Numbered from the stretch's first letter, positions 1-8,794 are shown. The stretch: DNA of 64,000 bases from an uncultured delta proteobacterium (GCA_963711565.1 CAVQEQ010000004.1:352001-416000), one strand, 5' to 3'. Numbers and translations: made by a program. The notes: generated by a model not told the origin, from the sequence alone.

Positions 1-176
1 GCGAGCGCCTCGACCCCCGGCTTGATACTCGCGCCCGTGAGCGCGGCGTGCCGCTTCAGGCGCTCGACCAGCCCCTGGTTGCGCCCGGCGATCACCGCCA
101 ACTCCTCGAGCAATTCCGCTCGCGCCGAAACCGCCGGCGTAAATAATTTCTGAAAAAATCCCATACCTGTAGCCAT
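1..176 (-). CDS. hypothetical helical protein, N-terminal part (truncated by the window edge)
   Basis: Manual translation MATGMGFFQKLFTPAVSARAELLEELAVIAGRNQGLVERLKRHAA... is open to the window edge. GGGAG lies upstream. Alternative ATG at 164. Confidence 0.55.
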   Translation of the reverse strand, partial: MATGMGFFQKLFTPAVSARAELLEELAVIAGRNQGLVERLKRHAALTGASIKPGVEAL

Positions 177-268
177 CTCTCCCACCCGACGCGCGTTGTT
201 GTTATGCAAACGCGTGGCGCGTCGCGACAATAGCTATCGGCATCGAAGGCGCCGCTGTCAAGGGACTG

Positions 269-820
269 CTAGGAGTTGAACAGCGCGCGTACCAGCGACG
301 ATTCGCGCCGGAAGAATCCTTGCGTGTGGTATGAATCCTCGAGCCGCAGCAGCGCGTAATCAAGGTAGTGCCCGATTTCATGCATCAAGGTGCGCACGAA
401 GGTCTTCGGCTTGACCACGTCGTGCCGCTGCGCCGTCCGCATCCAGAGCACGATATACGGCTGCCGGCGCATCCGCGGATCGTAAGGATAGAACAGCCCG
501 TGCAGCTCGCCGCGCGTGTTGCGAGGGCGTACGCCGCGAACCTCGACGATAACCGGCGGAGTCGCGAGGCCCCGGCAAATATCGCCGGTCAGCGCACGTG
601 CGCAAGTGGCCGTGGCAGCGAGGTTGCCGCTCTCGAGCACGCGCATCAGGGCGTCGAGCGAGTTGCGCGCGGCAACGTTGGGAACAAAATCGAAACGCTC
701 GACGCTGTCGCTCTTCAGATAAGTTCGCTGAGCGCGCGAAGAGAGCCGATAAAAATATGCCGGCAGCCGCGTCTCGGAATTTGTGCGAAGTGTCAGGCCG
801 GTAGCCACCACAGCCTCCAT
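269..820 (-). CDS. putative zinc metalloprotease-like protein (HExxH)
   Basis: 183-aa ORF with TLMHEIGHYLD and a downstream HTQGF, a SprT/zincin-like pattern. Confidence 0.7.
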   Translation of the reverse strand: MEAVVATGLTLRTNSETRLPAYFYRLSSRAQRTYLKSDSVERFDFVPNVAARNSLDALMRVLESGNLAATATCARALTGDICRGLATPPVIVEVRGVRPRNTRGELHGLFYPYDPRMRRQPYIVLWMRTAQRHDVVKPKTFVRTLMHEIGHYLDYALLRLEDSYHTQGFFRRESSLVRALFNS

Positions 821-892
821 TGCCGGATACTCACTTCCGGCGCCGCATCCACGAAAGTATCATCCGCGCAATAGTCACTAGGGGCAAGCACT

Positions 893-1375
893 ATGCAACT
901 GAGTATTGTCGAAATCGCGAAACCCGCCGACACCAACATCATCGTCGGCCAGTCGCACTTCATCAAAACCGTCGAGGACGTTTACGAAGTGCTGGTGCAA
1001 GCGGTGCCTGGCATCAAGTTCGGGCTGGCCTTCTGCGAGGCGTCGGGCCCATGCCTGATTCGGCACACGGGCACCGACGCTGCGCTCGAACAGTCGGCGG
1101 TCGAGGCGGCATCGGCGATCGGGGCAGGGCACGTGTTCGTGGTGATTCTTGGCAACGCATTCCCGGTCAACGTGCTCAATCCGATCAAGTCGGTGAGCGA
1201 AGTGTGTACGATCTTTTGCGCGACGGCGAATCCGCTGCGCGTGATCGTCGCCGAGGACGGCGGCGGACGCGGCGTCGTCGGCGTAATCGACGGCAGTTCG
1301 CCCAAGGGCGTCGAGGGCGCGAGCGATCAGGCGGATCGGCACGCGATGCTGCGGCGATTCGGCTACAAAAAGTGA
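893..1375 (+). CDS. adenosine-specific kinase family protein (DUF355)
   Basis: Motifs NIIVGQSHFIKTVED, FGLAFCEASG, IFCATANP and GVIDG. Confidence 0.9.
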   Translation: MQLSIVEIAKPADTNIIVGQSHFIKTVEDVYEVLVQAVPGIKFGLAFCEASGPCLIRHTGTDAALEQSAVEAASAIGAGHVFVVILGNAFPVNVLNPIKSVSEVCTIFCATANPLRVIVAEDGGGRGVVGVIDGSSPKGVEGASDQADRHAMLRRFGYKK

Positions 1376-1433
1376 CGCGGATAGATCAGGTATCGAGGTG
1401 AGGCTAACCTTGTAGAAGAGGTTAGCGACGCTG

Positions 1434-3899
1434 ATGGGCGGTGGACGGCAAGCGCCAACAAAAGCGAAAGCGAATCCGGCGAAGCAGAAGCGCCGCGAGT
1501 GGCGAATCCGCGGATGGCGCGTGCGCAATCTCGCCGCCGGCGGATTCCTGCTCGTATTCTTCGCGCTCGGCTTCTATCTCGCGCAACTCTACGGCGAGAT
1601 CTCCGCGCTGATCGAGCAGCGCCGCGCCGCGATGACCTCCGCGATCTTCTCCGCGCCCTTTCCGATTGTCGCCGGCGACGATCTCGATCGCAGTGGATTA
1701 CTGGATCGCCTAGCGCAGTTGAGTTATTCGCAAGTGCCGTCGGCCAATTCCGCCGGCGAGTACACTCGGGCGCCGCGCGCGCTCGCGATTTACCTGCGCT
1801 CATTTTACGTCGGCGCGAAAGAATATCCGTCCGAGATGGTGCGCGTGAGCCTCGACGGTACGCGAATCACGGGCGTCGCCGATTCGTTCGGCGTCGCCAA
1901 GTCCGACGCGATGCTCGAGCCTGAAGTGATCGGCCGTCTCCTGCCCGGCGCGCCCGCCGAACGCGTCGAGGTGCAACTGGGTGACCTGAAGCCGTTCCTG
2001 GTCAAGGGACTGCTTGCCAACGAGGATCGTTTTTTCTACTACCATCCGGGAATCGATCCGATCCGCATCGTCGAGGCTGCCATCGCCGACCTGCGCGCGC
2101 ATCGCCTCGTCGAGGGCGCCAGCACTCTCACCCAGCAACTCGCGCGGACCTTCATGGAGCGCCGCGAGCGCAGCTTCAGCCGCAAGCTCCGCGAGCTCGC
2201 CGTCGCCGTGGTGCTCGAGATTCGGCTGAAGAAGGACGAAATCCTCGAACGCTACATCAACGACGTCCCGATGGGCGAGTACGACGGCACGCCGATCGAC
2301 GGGATGCCGCAGGCGGCGCGATATTTTTTCAACAAGGACCTGTCCGAGGTGACGCCCGCGGAAGCGGCGACGCTGATCGGAATGATCCAGGCGCCGACGC
2401 TCTATGACCCGCGCCGCCATCCCGATACCTGCCGCAAGCGCCGCAACGTCGTGCTCGGCGTGATGAAGCATGCGGGCGTGATCGACGACGCAACTTACGC
2501 CACTGCGCTCGCGACGCCGATTCAAATCACCAAGCCGCCCGGACTCCGCCGCGCGCCGTATTTCACCGACTACGTGACCGCGTTCGTGAACCGGATTCCC
2601 GGCTTCGACGGCCATCTCGAGGGACTCAAGGTTTACACGACGCTCGACACCGAACTGCAGGCCGACGCCGTCGACGCGGTCACCGACAATATCGCGCAGC
2701 TCGAAAAGAACCATCGCCGCCTGCGCCGTACGAAGACTGACGAGAAGCTGCAGACCTCGATGGTCGCGCTCGACGCCAACACCGGGGCGATTCGCGCGAT
2801 GATCGGCGGGCGCGACTACTCTGAGAGCCAGTTCAATCGCGCCGCGAACGCCGAGCGCCAGCCCGGCTCCGCGTTCAAGCCAATCGTTTACCTCGCCGCA
2901 CTCGATCCCGATCGCGCGCCGTTCTCGCCGCCGCTCACGCTCGCGTCCATTCTCCCCGACGAGCCGATTACGTTCCCCGACGGATGGAGCCCCGCGAACT
3001 ACGAGCGCACCTATCAGCCGCAGGTGACCGTCGTGCAGGCGCTGTACGAATCGCTCAACGTGCCGACCGCGTACGTCGGCAGCAAGCTCGGTCCCGCGAC
3101 AATCGTGAAAACGGCGCACGAGATGGGCATCCACGAGGATCTCCAGGCGTACCTGCCGATTTCGATCGGCGCCGATGAGACCACGCTGCTCGAGCTCACT
3201 TCCGCGTACCAGGTTTTTGCGACCGAGGGTCTGCAATCGCCGCCGTACGCGGTCGAGGCGGTCGTCGATGCCAAGGGCCATCAGGTTTACCTTCACGAGG
3301 ACCAAGAGAACCGCGTGATCCGTCCCAGTGTCGCATATCTCATCACGGGCGCTCTCAAAGCCGTCCTGCGCTATGGAACCGGTGCGAGCGCGGGCCGCCT
3401 CGGCCTGGATTTTCCGGCGGCGGGCAAGACCGGTACGACCCAGGATTACAAGGACGCGTACTTCATCGGCTATACACCCGCGATCGTTTGCGGCGTCTGG
3501 GTCGGCTTCGACCAGCCCGAGAGCCTCGGCCTGACCGGCGCGCAGGCCGCGCTGCCGGCATGGGTTCAGTTCATGCAGGATGCGGCGCCGGCTGATCCTG
3601 AGGACTTCCCCGAGCCGTCGGGCATCACGATGGCGACGATCGATCCCGAGTCGGGCGGTCTCGCGACCCCGGCATGCCCGAAGCAAGTCTCTCTGCCGTT
3701 CCTGATCGGCACCGAGCCGACGCAGATGTGCCCGCTGCACGGCGGAATTTTCGCGAGCGCTCCTGCCGCCGCGCCAGTGTCCGCGACGATGCCGCCGCCA
3801 CCGTCTGCGCCGCCGCAACCGGTCGCCTCAGCGAGCCCGTCCTCATCTGATGTATTTGGCGCAGTAGGAAAATTCTTTACCAACCTCTTCCATCACTAG
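1434..3899 (+). CDS. mrcB: class A penicillin-binding protein (PBP1B-like transglycosylase/transpeptidase)
   Basis: N-terminal TM, UB2H-like region, EDRFFYYHPG and GASTLTQQLA glycosyltransferase motifs, SAFK / SLN / KTGT transpeptidase motifs. Confidence 0.9.
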   Translation: MGGGRQAPTKAKANPAKQKRREWRIRGWRVRNLAAGGFLLVFFALGFYLAQLYGEISALIEQRRAAMTSAIFSAPFPIVAGDDLDRSGLLDRLAQLSYSQVPSANSAGEYTRAPRALAIYLRSFYVGAKEYPSEMVRVSLDGTRITGVADSFGVAKSDAMLEPEVIGRLLPGAPAERVEVQLGDLKPFLVKGLLANEDRFFYYHPGIDPIRIVEAAIADLRAHRLVEGASTLTQQLARTFMERRERSFSRKLRELAVAVVLEIRLKKDEILERYINDVPMGEYDGTPIDGMPQAARYFFNKDLSEVTPAEAATLIGMIQAPTLYDPRRHPDTCRKRRNVVLGVMKHAGVIDDATYATALATPIQITKPPGLRRAPYFTDYVTAFVNRIPGFDGHLEGLKVYTTLDTELQADAVDAVTDNIAQLEKNHRRLRRTKTDEKLQTSMVALDANTGAIRAMIGGRDYSESQFNRAANAERQPGSAFKPIVYLAALDPDRAPFSPPLTLASILPDEPITFPDGWSPANYERTYQPQVTVVQALYESLNVPTAYVGSKLGPATIVKTAHEMGIHEDLQAYLPISIGADETTLLELTSAYQVFATEGLQSPPYAVEAVVDAKGHQVYLHEDQENRVIRPSVAYLITGALKAVLRYGTGASAGRLGLDFPAAGKTGTTQDYKDAYFIGYTPAIVCGVWVGFDQPESLGLTGAQAALPAWVQFMQDAAPADPEDFPEPSGITMATIDPESGGLATPACPKQVSLPFLIGTEPTQMCPLHGGIFASAPAAAPVSATMPPPPSAPPQPVASASPSSSDVFGAVGKFFTNLFHH

Positions 3900-3909
3900 C
3901 CGCCTCTTA

Positions 3910-3951
3910 CCTCTCCCCCGGGAGAGGACGCGCCTCCAGCGCGGGTGAGGG
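3910..3951. repeat. dispersed palindrome family C (CCTCTCCC..GGGAGAGG / CCCCTTCCC..GGGAAGGGG plus G-rich tail)
   Basis: CCTCTCCCCCGGGAGAGG...GGGTGAGGG. Related copies at 17218, 28973, 29037, 35296, 35370, 55535 and 55600. Confidence 0.7.
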
Positions 3952-4067
3952 CGCCTTCATCGTGCTCGATTTCGGACAAGTAACTCTGCCGTGAAACTAT
4001 TTCGCCCGAAATTCGTCTAATCCCCGCACCTCTAATCACGTATAATGAGCTTTGGAGCCGGGCTCGT

Positions 4068-5468
4068 TTGCAGAAGTATCCAGAAACCACCCCACGACGG
4101 GTGCGGACCGCTCTCGCAGCGCTGAGCGTCGCCGGATTGATCGGCCTGCTCGCGGCCAGCGGATGCATCAACGGCGTGAGTGTCGATTCGTCGCCTCAAG
4201 ATTCGGCCGCAAGCGCACCTCCGGCGCGCGCGCACAAGGTTGCAGTTCAAAATATCAAGCCCGCGATTCCCGTCGCCGGTGACGTGCTGATCGCGGGCGG
4301 CGCCGACGCTTCGAATCAAAGCATCGCGGCCGCCGAATTTTTCGATCCCTCCTCGGGCCAGTTCCTCCCGACCGGAACCGCGGCGTCGAGTCGCGCAGCC
4401 GCGGCGGCCGAGGCCCTTTCGCCCACCCAGGTTCTGCTCGCAGGCGGCTTCAGCGGCACCGCCACGATTAAGAATTTTTCGCTCGATCTCGAAGGTAGCG
4501 TGCTGGCCGGCGCGGAAACATTTGACGAGACCACCGGCGCATTCTCGCCCGTAGCCGAGATGACCACGCCGCGGATGGGTTTCACCGCGACTGAGCTGAA
4601 CAACGGCAAGGTCCTCGTCGCCGGCGGACTCGACAATCGCGACAACGTCCTCGACACCGCGGAGCTATACGATCCCGTCGCGCGCAAGTTCGTCGCGGTC
4701 GCCGGAGCGATGAGCGATCGGCGGATGTTTGACACAGCGACGCTCCTGCTAAGCGGCAAGGTGCTCATCACCGGCGGCGCGATTAATCTTTCCGGCGATA
4801 CCACCAACTCCGCCGACCTCTACGACCCCGCCTCGAACTCGTTCACGCCCGCGATCTTTCCGATGGACCATCAGCGCGCCGCGCATACCGCGACGCTGTT
4901 CACTACCGGCCCGATGGCTGGCAAGGTGCTGATTACCGGCGGCGTCGGCGGCTCGAGCTTTTTCTTCAAGGACAGCAGCGCCGAACTTTACGATCCCGCC
5001 TCGCAGGAATTCACCCTGCTCCCGAGCTTTATGAACGAGCCGCGCTCGATGCATACCGCGACGCTGCTCGACGACGGTGACGTGCTGATCGCGGGCGGCT
5101 TCAGCGGCACGGTGGCGGTCACGGGCGGGATGCTGTCGGGAGCATCGGGACTGATCAGCAATTCGGCTGAGACGTTCGACCCGAACACCGGCGATTTCAC
5201 CTGCGTCGGCGGGTTCAACAACGACACGCTGCGATGCAATCAGTCGATGACCATCGCGCGCGCGGCGCATACCGCAACTCTCCTCGCGACCGGCCCGACT
5301 CCCCATCGCGTTCTGATTGCCGGCGGAATCGGAGCTGCCGATCCCGCCGCTCACGGCGTCGAACTCAACAGCGCGGAGCTATTCAATCCCGCGGGTGGCG
5401 GCAGCTTCACCGCGACGGCCGCGATGTCCGCGGCGCACGCCCTCCACACCGCAACGCTACTGCACTAA
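4068..5468 (+). CDS. secreted kelch-repeat (beta-propeller) lipoprotein
   Basis: Lipobox-like LLAASGC and repeated R..HTATLL..GKVLI.GG...SAELYDP units. Start codon uncertain. Confidence 0.85.
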   Translation: MQKYPETTPRRVRTALAALSVAGLIGLLAASGCINGVSVDSSPQDSAASAPPARAHKVAVQNIKPAIPVAGDVLIAGGADASNQSIAAAEFFDPSSGQFLPTGTAASSRAAAAAEALSPTQVLLAGGFSGTATIKNFSLDLEGSVLAGAETFDETTGAFSPVAEMTTPRMGFTATELNNGKVLVAGGLDNRDNVLDTAELYDPVARKFVAVAGAMSDRRMFDTATLLLSGKVLITGGAINLSGDTTNSADLYDPASNSFTPAIFPMDHQRAAHTATLFTTGPMAGKVLITGGVGGSSFFFKDSSAELYDPASQEFTLLPSFMNEPRSMHTATLLDDGDVLIAGGFSGTVAVTGGMLSGASGLISNSAETFDPNTGDFTCVGGFNNDTLRCNQSMTIARAAHTATLLATGPTPHRVLIAGGIGAADPAAHGVELNSAELFNPAGGGSFTATAAMSAAHALHTATLLH

Positions 5469-6328
5469 TCGAGCGGTTCATCCGCATCTGGTTCGACGCC
5501 GTCCACTTCGACTGAGTCGGTGGCGACGAAAGTCTCTCGCGGATGCGACCCATCCGCCACCAGCTTGCGCGACACGATGATAAACGCCGAATGCGCGATC
5601 ATCCTGAAATGCGGCCGCACGCTCATTCCCTTGACCTGCCAATGGCGCAGCAGCGTCTCGAAACTTTCGATCTCGCCGAAATCACTCCGCGCCTGGATCG
5701 CCTCGACCGTATCCTTCAGCTGCACCGCCGTCGGCACGTAGCAAACCAGCACCGCGCCGGGCCGAAGCGCCGATGCGGCGACAGCGAGCGCGCGCCCCGG
5801 CTCCGCCAGATCGAGAAACATCCGATCGACGCCGGTCTCGTCGAAGCCCGCGTAAAGGTCGCGCACCTTGATCGTCCAGTTGGGCGCGTCGCCGAAAAAC
5901 GCCGCCACGTTCTTGCGCGCGGCGTCGGCAAAATCCTCGCGCAGCTCGTACGAGATCACGCACCCAGCCGGCCCGACCGCTCTCAGCAGCGCAATCGTCA
6001 GCGCACCCGCGCCCGTGCCGCCTTCAATCACCGTGGCGCCCGGAAACACGTCGCCCCAAATCAGCAGCGGCCCGGTGTCCTTGGGATAAATCACCTGCGA
6101 CGCGCGCGGCAGATGCGGGATCAAGTCCGCATACGTCGGCCGCAGCACCAGGAACGCCTCGCCGGTCGAGAACTTGACCCGCGATCCTTCCTCGACGCCG
6201 AACAAATCGTCGGCGCGCAGCTCGCCGCGGATGAGCAATTTCTTGCCCGCCCGCAGCATCTTCATATAGCGCCGCCCCTTCCGATCGATAAAAATTACGG
6301 CGTCATTTTCTTTAAGTCGCGAGTCCAA
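5465..6328 (-). CDS. trmI: tRNA (adenine(58)-N1)-methyltransferase, TrmI/Gcd14 family
   Basis: LRPT, QVIYPKD, VIEGGTGAGALT, FLDLAEP, RPHFRMIAHSAF. Confidence 0.9.
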   Translation of the reverse strand: MDSRLKENDAVIFIDRKGRRYMKMLRAGKKLLIRGELRADDLFGVEEGSRVKFSTGEAFLVLRPTYADLIPHLPRASQVIYPKDTGPLLIWGDVFPGATVIEGGTGAGALTIALLRAVGPAGCVISYELREDFADAARKNVAAFFGDAPNWTIKVRDLYAGFDETGVDRMFLDLAEPGRALAVAASALRPGAVLVCYVPTAVQLKDTVEAIQARSDFGEIESFETLLRHWQVKGMSVRPHFRMIAHSAFIIVSRKLVADGSHPRETFVATDSVEVDGVEPDADEPLD

Positions 6329-6377
6329 GATCCTCCAACGCTTGCACGCATCGCGCGCGCGGGCAACACGGCGGGCG

Positions 6378-6455
6378 ATTCACTCTATCTAACGTGGAAC
6401 CCACCGTGGGTTTCACGCTTCCCTGGGCAGCGTGACCGGGTGACCCCTGCACCCA
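6378..6455 (-). repeat. two-hairpin dispersed element family A, copy 1
   Basis: Reverse complement reads TGGGTGCAGGGGTCACCC..TGCCCAGGGAAGCGTGAAACCCACGGTGGGTTCCACGTTAGATAGAGTGAAT. Confidence 0.85.
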
Positions 6456-6512
6456 ATGAAAAAAAACTTCTAACAGGGGCGAAGCCCCGCATCTTCTCTT
6501 TTCTCTTAATGC

Positions 6513-6583
6513 TGGGTGCGGGGGTCACCCCTGCCGCGGAAGTTTGAAACCCGCGAAGGGTTTCAAATCAAAATAAAGTGATT
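6513..6583 (+). repeat. two-hairpin dispersed element family A, copy 2
   Basis: TGGGTGCGGGGGTCACCCCTGCCGCGGAAGTTTGAAACCCGCGAAGGGTTTCAAATCAAAATAAAGTGATT. Confidence 0.85.
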
Positions 6584-6608
6584 CCCCCTTCGCGCGCCTT
6601 ACAGCCTA

Positions 6609-6637
6609 TTGACTATCCAACTCTCCGACCTTACCTT
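6609..6637 (+). promoter_or_regulatory. putative sigma70 promoter
   Basis: TTGACT(6609-6614)-17 nt-TACCTT(6632-6637), upstream of the 6754 ORF. Confidence 0.5.
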
Positions 6638-6753
6638 TGAGAATGCACCCGGCCAGATGGTAGCATCCAGTGGCCGGGTCGTTTTGCGTAATCGTTGATC
6701 CGATTCCAACTCGCTTCGCGAGCCGTTAATCCAAATCGAGAGCATTCCACGTC

Positions 6754-6924
6754 ATGGCAGAGAAAAAGGCAAAGACCGCTGAGAAAAACGCGGGCATCCA
6801 GCAGAAACACATCTGTCCCAGTTGCGGCGCCGAGAGCAAGGTGACCAAGTTCGCCGGCTTCGGCCGCAAGGGCTTCTACCTCGTCTGCGAGAAGGCCTGC
6901 GGCTTCGTCGGACGCACGCGCTAG
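6754..6924 (+). CDS. small Cys4 zinc-ribbon protein, 56 aa (absent from the ORF track)
   Basis: Manual translation MAEKKAKTAEKNAGIQQKHICPSCGAESKVTKFAGFGRKGFYLVCEKACGFVGRTR, with strongly GC3-biased codons. Confidence 0.8.
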   Translation: MAEKKAKTAEKNAGIQQKHICPSCGAESKVTKFAGFGRKGFYLVCEKACGFVGRTR

Positions 6925-6944
6925 GCGCGCAGGGGGACCACGCG

Positions 6945-7367
6945 ATGGGTAGAGCCCGCAAGAGCAAGACCTCCAAGCGCGACAAGTACGCCTCGTTCGG
7001 CGATATGGCGGACGAGGCGGAAGAAGATGCGGACCTGCCCAAGGACGAAGCCGGCCGCCGAAAAATCAAGCGCCAGTACGGCGAGCTGCTCGGCATCCGA
7101 ATCGAAAAGCTGCGCGGCAGAATCCTCAACCGCGAACGGATCAACAAGACCATCGAGGGCATCTACTTCATCTGCGCTTCGTGCATGAAAGTATGCCACT
7201 CGCTCGACGACGGCTTCACCGAAGACCCCGCCAACCAGAACAATCTGTGCGGCCCGTGCGCCAAGGCCCAGGCCGCGGCCACCAATGCCGCCGCGGCAGC
7301 CAAGGAAAGCGGCGCCTCGTCGTCGCGCCGTTCAACCCGTCCGCGCAAGCGCGCCGCCGCGAGCTGA
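6945..7367 (+). CDS. DksA/TraR-like C4 zinc-finger protein
   Basis: ATG at 6945 after GGGGGA. GDMADEA (DxxDxA), a helical segment, then EGIYFICASC...NLCGPCA. Confidence 0.65.
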   Translation: MGRARKSKTSKRDKYASFGDMADEAEEDADLPKDEAGRRKIKRQYGELLGIRIEKLRGRILNRERINKTIEGIYFICASCMKVCHSLDDGFTEDPANQNNLCGPCAKAQAAATNAAAAAKESGASSSRRSTRPRKRAAAS

Positions 7368-7408
7368 CCGTGCTTGTGCGCATGACAGCGAACAGCTAAA
7401 CAGGGCCG

Positions 7409-8350
7409 ATGTCTTTACAGCTAATTCGTCCCGACATCAATCTCGATTTCGTCGGGAAGCGCTATTTCTTCGTCGCGCTGTCAACTCTGATCAACGTCCT
7501 GGCGATCGTGCTGCTGTTCACCAAGGGCCTCAACTACGGCGTCGATTTCGTCGGCGGCAGCGTCGCGCAAATCGAGTTCTCCAGCCGCACCAATGGCGAC
7601 GCGATTCAAAAAGCGCTCGCTCCGCTCGATCTTGGTGAAATTACCGTTCAGGACTTCGGCAAGGCGGGACAGTCGTTCCTGGCCCGCTTCGAAACGGTCA
7701 AAAACATCGGCAGCATCGGGCCCAAGCTCGAGACCGCACTCGATAAATCCTACGGCCCCGGCGTCGCCAAGGTGGTGCGCGTCGAGAGCGTCGGCGCCAA
7801 GGTCGGCAGCGATCTGCGGCGCAAAGGCTTCGCCGCCGTCATCATCGCGACCATCTTTATGGGCGTGTATATCGCGATCCAGTTCCGCCACGTGAGCTGG
7901 AGTTTCGGCGCGGGCGCCGTCATCGCGTTGATTCACGACGTCCTCGTCGTGATGTGCGCGCTGGTTATCTCCCAGTATCAGTTCGATCTGACCACTCTCG
8001 CCGCGGTGCTGACAGTCATCGGCTACTCGGTGCATGACACCATCATCGTCTCCGACCGTATCCGCGAGGATTCGACCAAGCGCCGGCGCGAGCCGATCGC
8101 CTCGATCATGAACCGCGCGATCAACGAAACTCTCTCGCGCACGATTCTGACTTCGGGCACCGCCATCGTGGTGCTGCTCTCGCTGCTCGCCTTCGGCGGC
8201 CCGATCCTGCGCCCGTCGGCCTTCACGCTGCTGATCGGTTTCATCACCGGCACGTATTCGTCGATCTACATCGCCGGCCCGGTGGTGCTGTTCTGGGAAG
8301 GCGACTCCGGCCGCACCAAGACGCGCACCGGCTCCTCCCGCGCCGCCTGA
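7409..8350 (+). CDS. secF: protein translocase subunit SecF
   Basis: GLNYGVDFVGG, VESVGAKVG, HDV, GYSVHDTIIVSDRIRE, TLSRT, GTYSSIYIA. Confidence 0.95.
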   Translation: MSLQLIRPDINLDFVGKRYFFVALSTLINVLAIVLLFTKGLNYGVDFVGGSVAQIEFSSRTNGDAIQKALAPLDLGEITVQDFGKAGQSFLARFETVKNIGSIGPKLETALDKSYGPGVAKVVRVESVGAKVGSDLRRKGFAAVIIATIFMGVYIAIQFRHVSWSFGAGAVIALIHDVLVVMCALVISQYQFDLTTLAAVLTVIGYSVHDTIIVSDRIREDSTKRRREPIASIMNRAINETLSRTILTSGTAIVVLLSLLAFGGPILRPSAFTLLIGFITGTYSSIYIAGPVVLFWEGDSGRTKTRTGSSRAA

Positions 8351-8367
8351 TCTGTTCTTTTCTTTGT

Positions 8368-8404
8368 GTCATTCTGAACGAAGGTTGCCGTAGTGAAGAA
8401 TCTC
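8368..8404. repeat. CGTC/GTCAT-type REP-like palindrome, family B
   Basis: GTCATTCTGAACGAAG...GTGAAGAATCTC. Confidence 0.7.
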
Positions 8405-8448
8405 GGCGGCCGCTCTTGCGGCCGTCGTCAATCTGAACGGCATTCACC

Positions 8449-8766
8449 GTGCCAGCAACATTGAAAACCTCGCGCGGCATCTACACGATCGCGAGCGTCC
8501 GCCCGCTTGAGCGTACAGCGGACGCCGTGGTGCTGACGTTAAGCCTCGAGCGAGCAGACGGAATCGAAAAGGTCGCCCTCCGATTCCGCATCGCGACCGC
8601 ATTGATCGGCGCCACCGACACTCCCGAAAAACTGATCGATCGAATCACGCCATGGGTAGAGCGCGAATTCGAGCAAATTCGCGAAGCCGCGCTGAAATCA
8701 ATCCGCACCGACCGCAAGCTGCACGAAATTGCGTTCGACCCCGAGCACCCCGGCCCCTACACGTAG
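8449..8766 (+). CDS. hypothetical protein
   Basis: 105-aa ORF, GTG start, natural composition, flanked by REP-like repeats. Confidence 0.7.
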   Translation: MPATLKTSRGIYTIASVRPLERTADAVVLTLSLERADGIEKVALRFRIATALIGATDTPEKLIDRITPWVEREFEQIREAALKSIRTDRKLHEIAFDPEHPGPYT

Positions 8767-8794
8767 CGCAGCGCCGGCCGCCGGAGTGTCCGTC

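Noticed and set aside
1800-3818. Long antisense ORFs (e.g. 1800-3818, 19987-21489, 55700-57283, 61725-62795)
   Set aside because: These are shadow ORFs opposite well-supported genes, expected from GC3-biased codon usage.
6822-6944. Upstream extension of the 181-aa ORF
   Set aside because: It overlaps the 56-aa zinc-ribbon gene. The ATG at 6945 has its own RBS.
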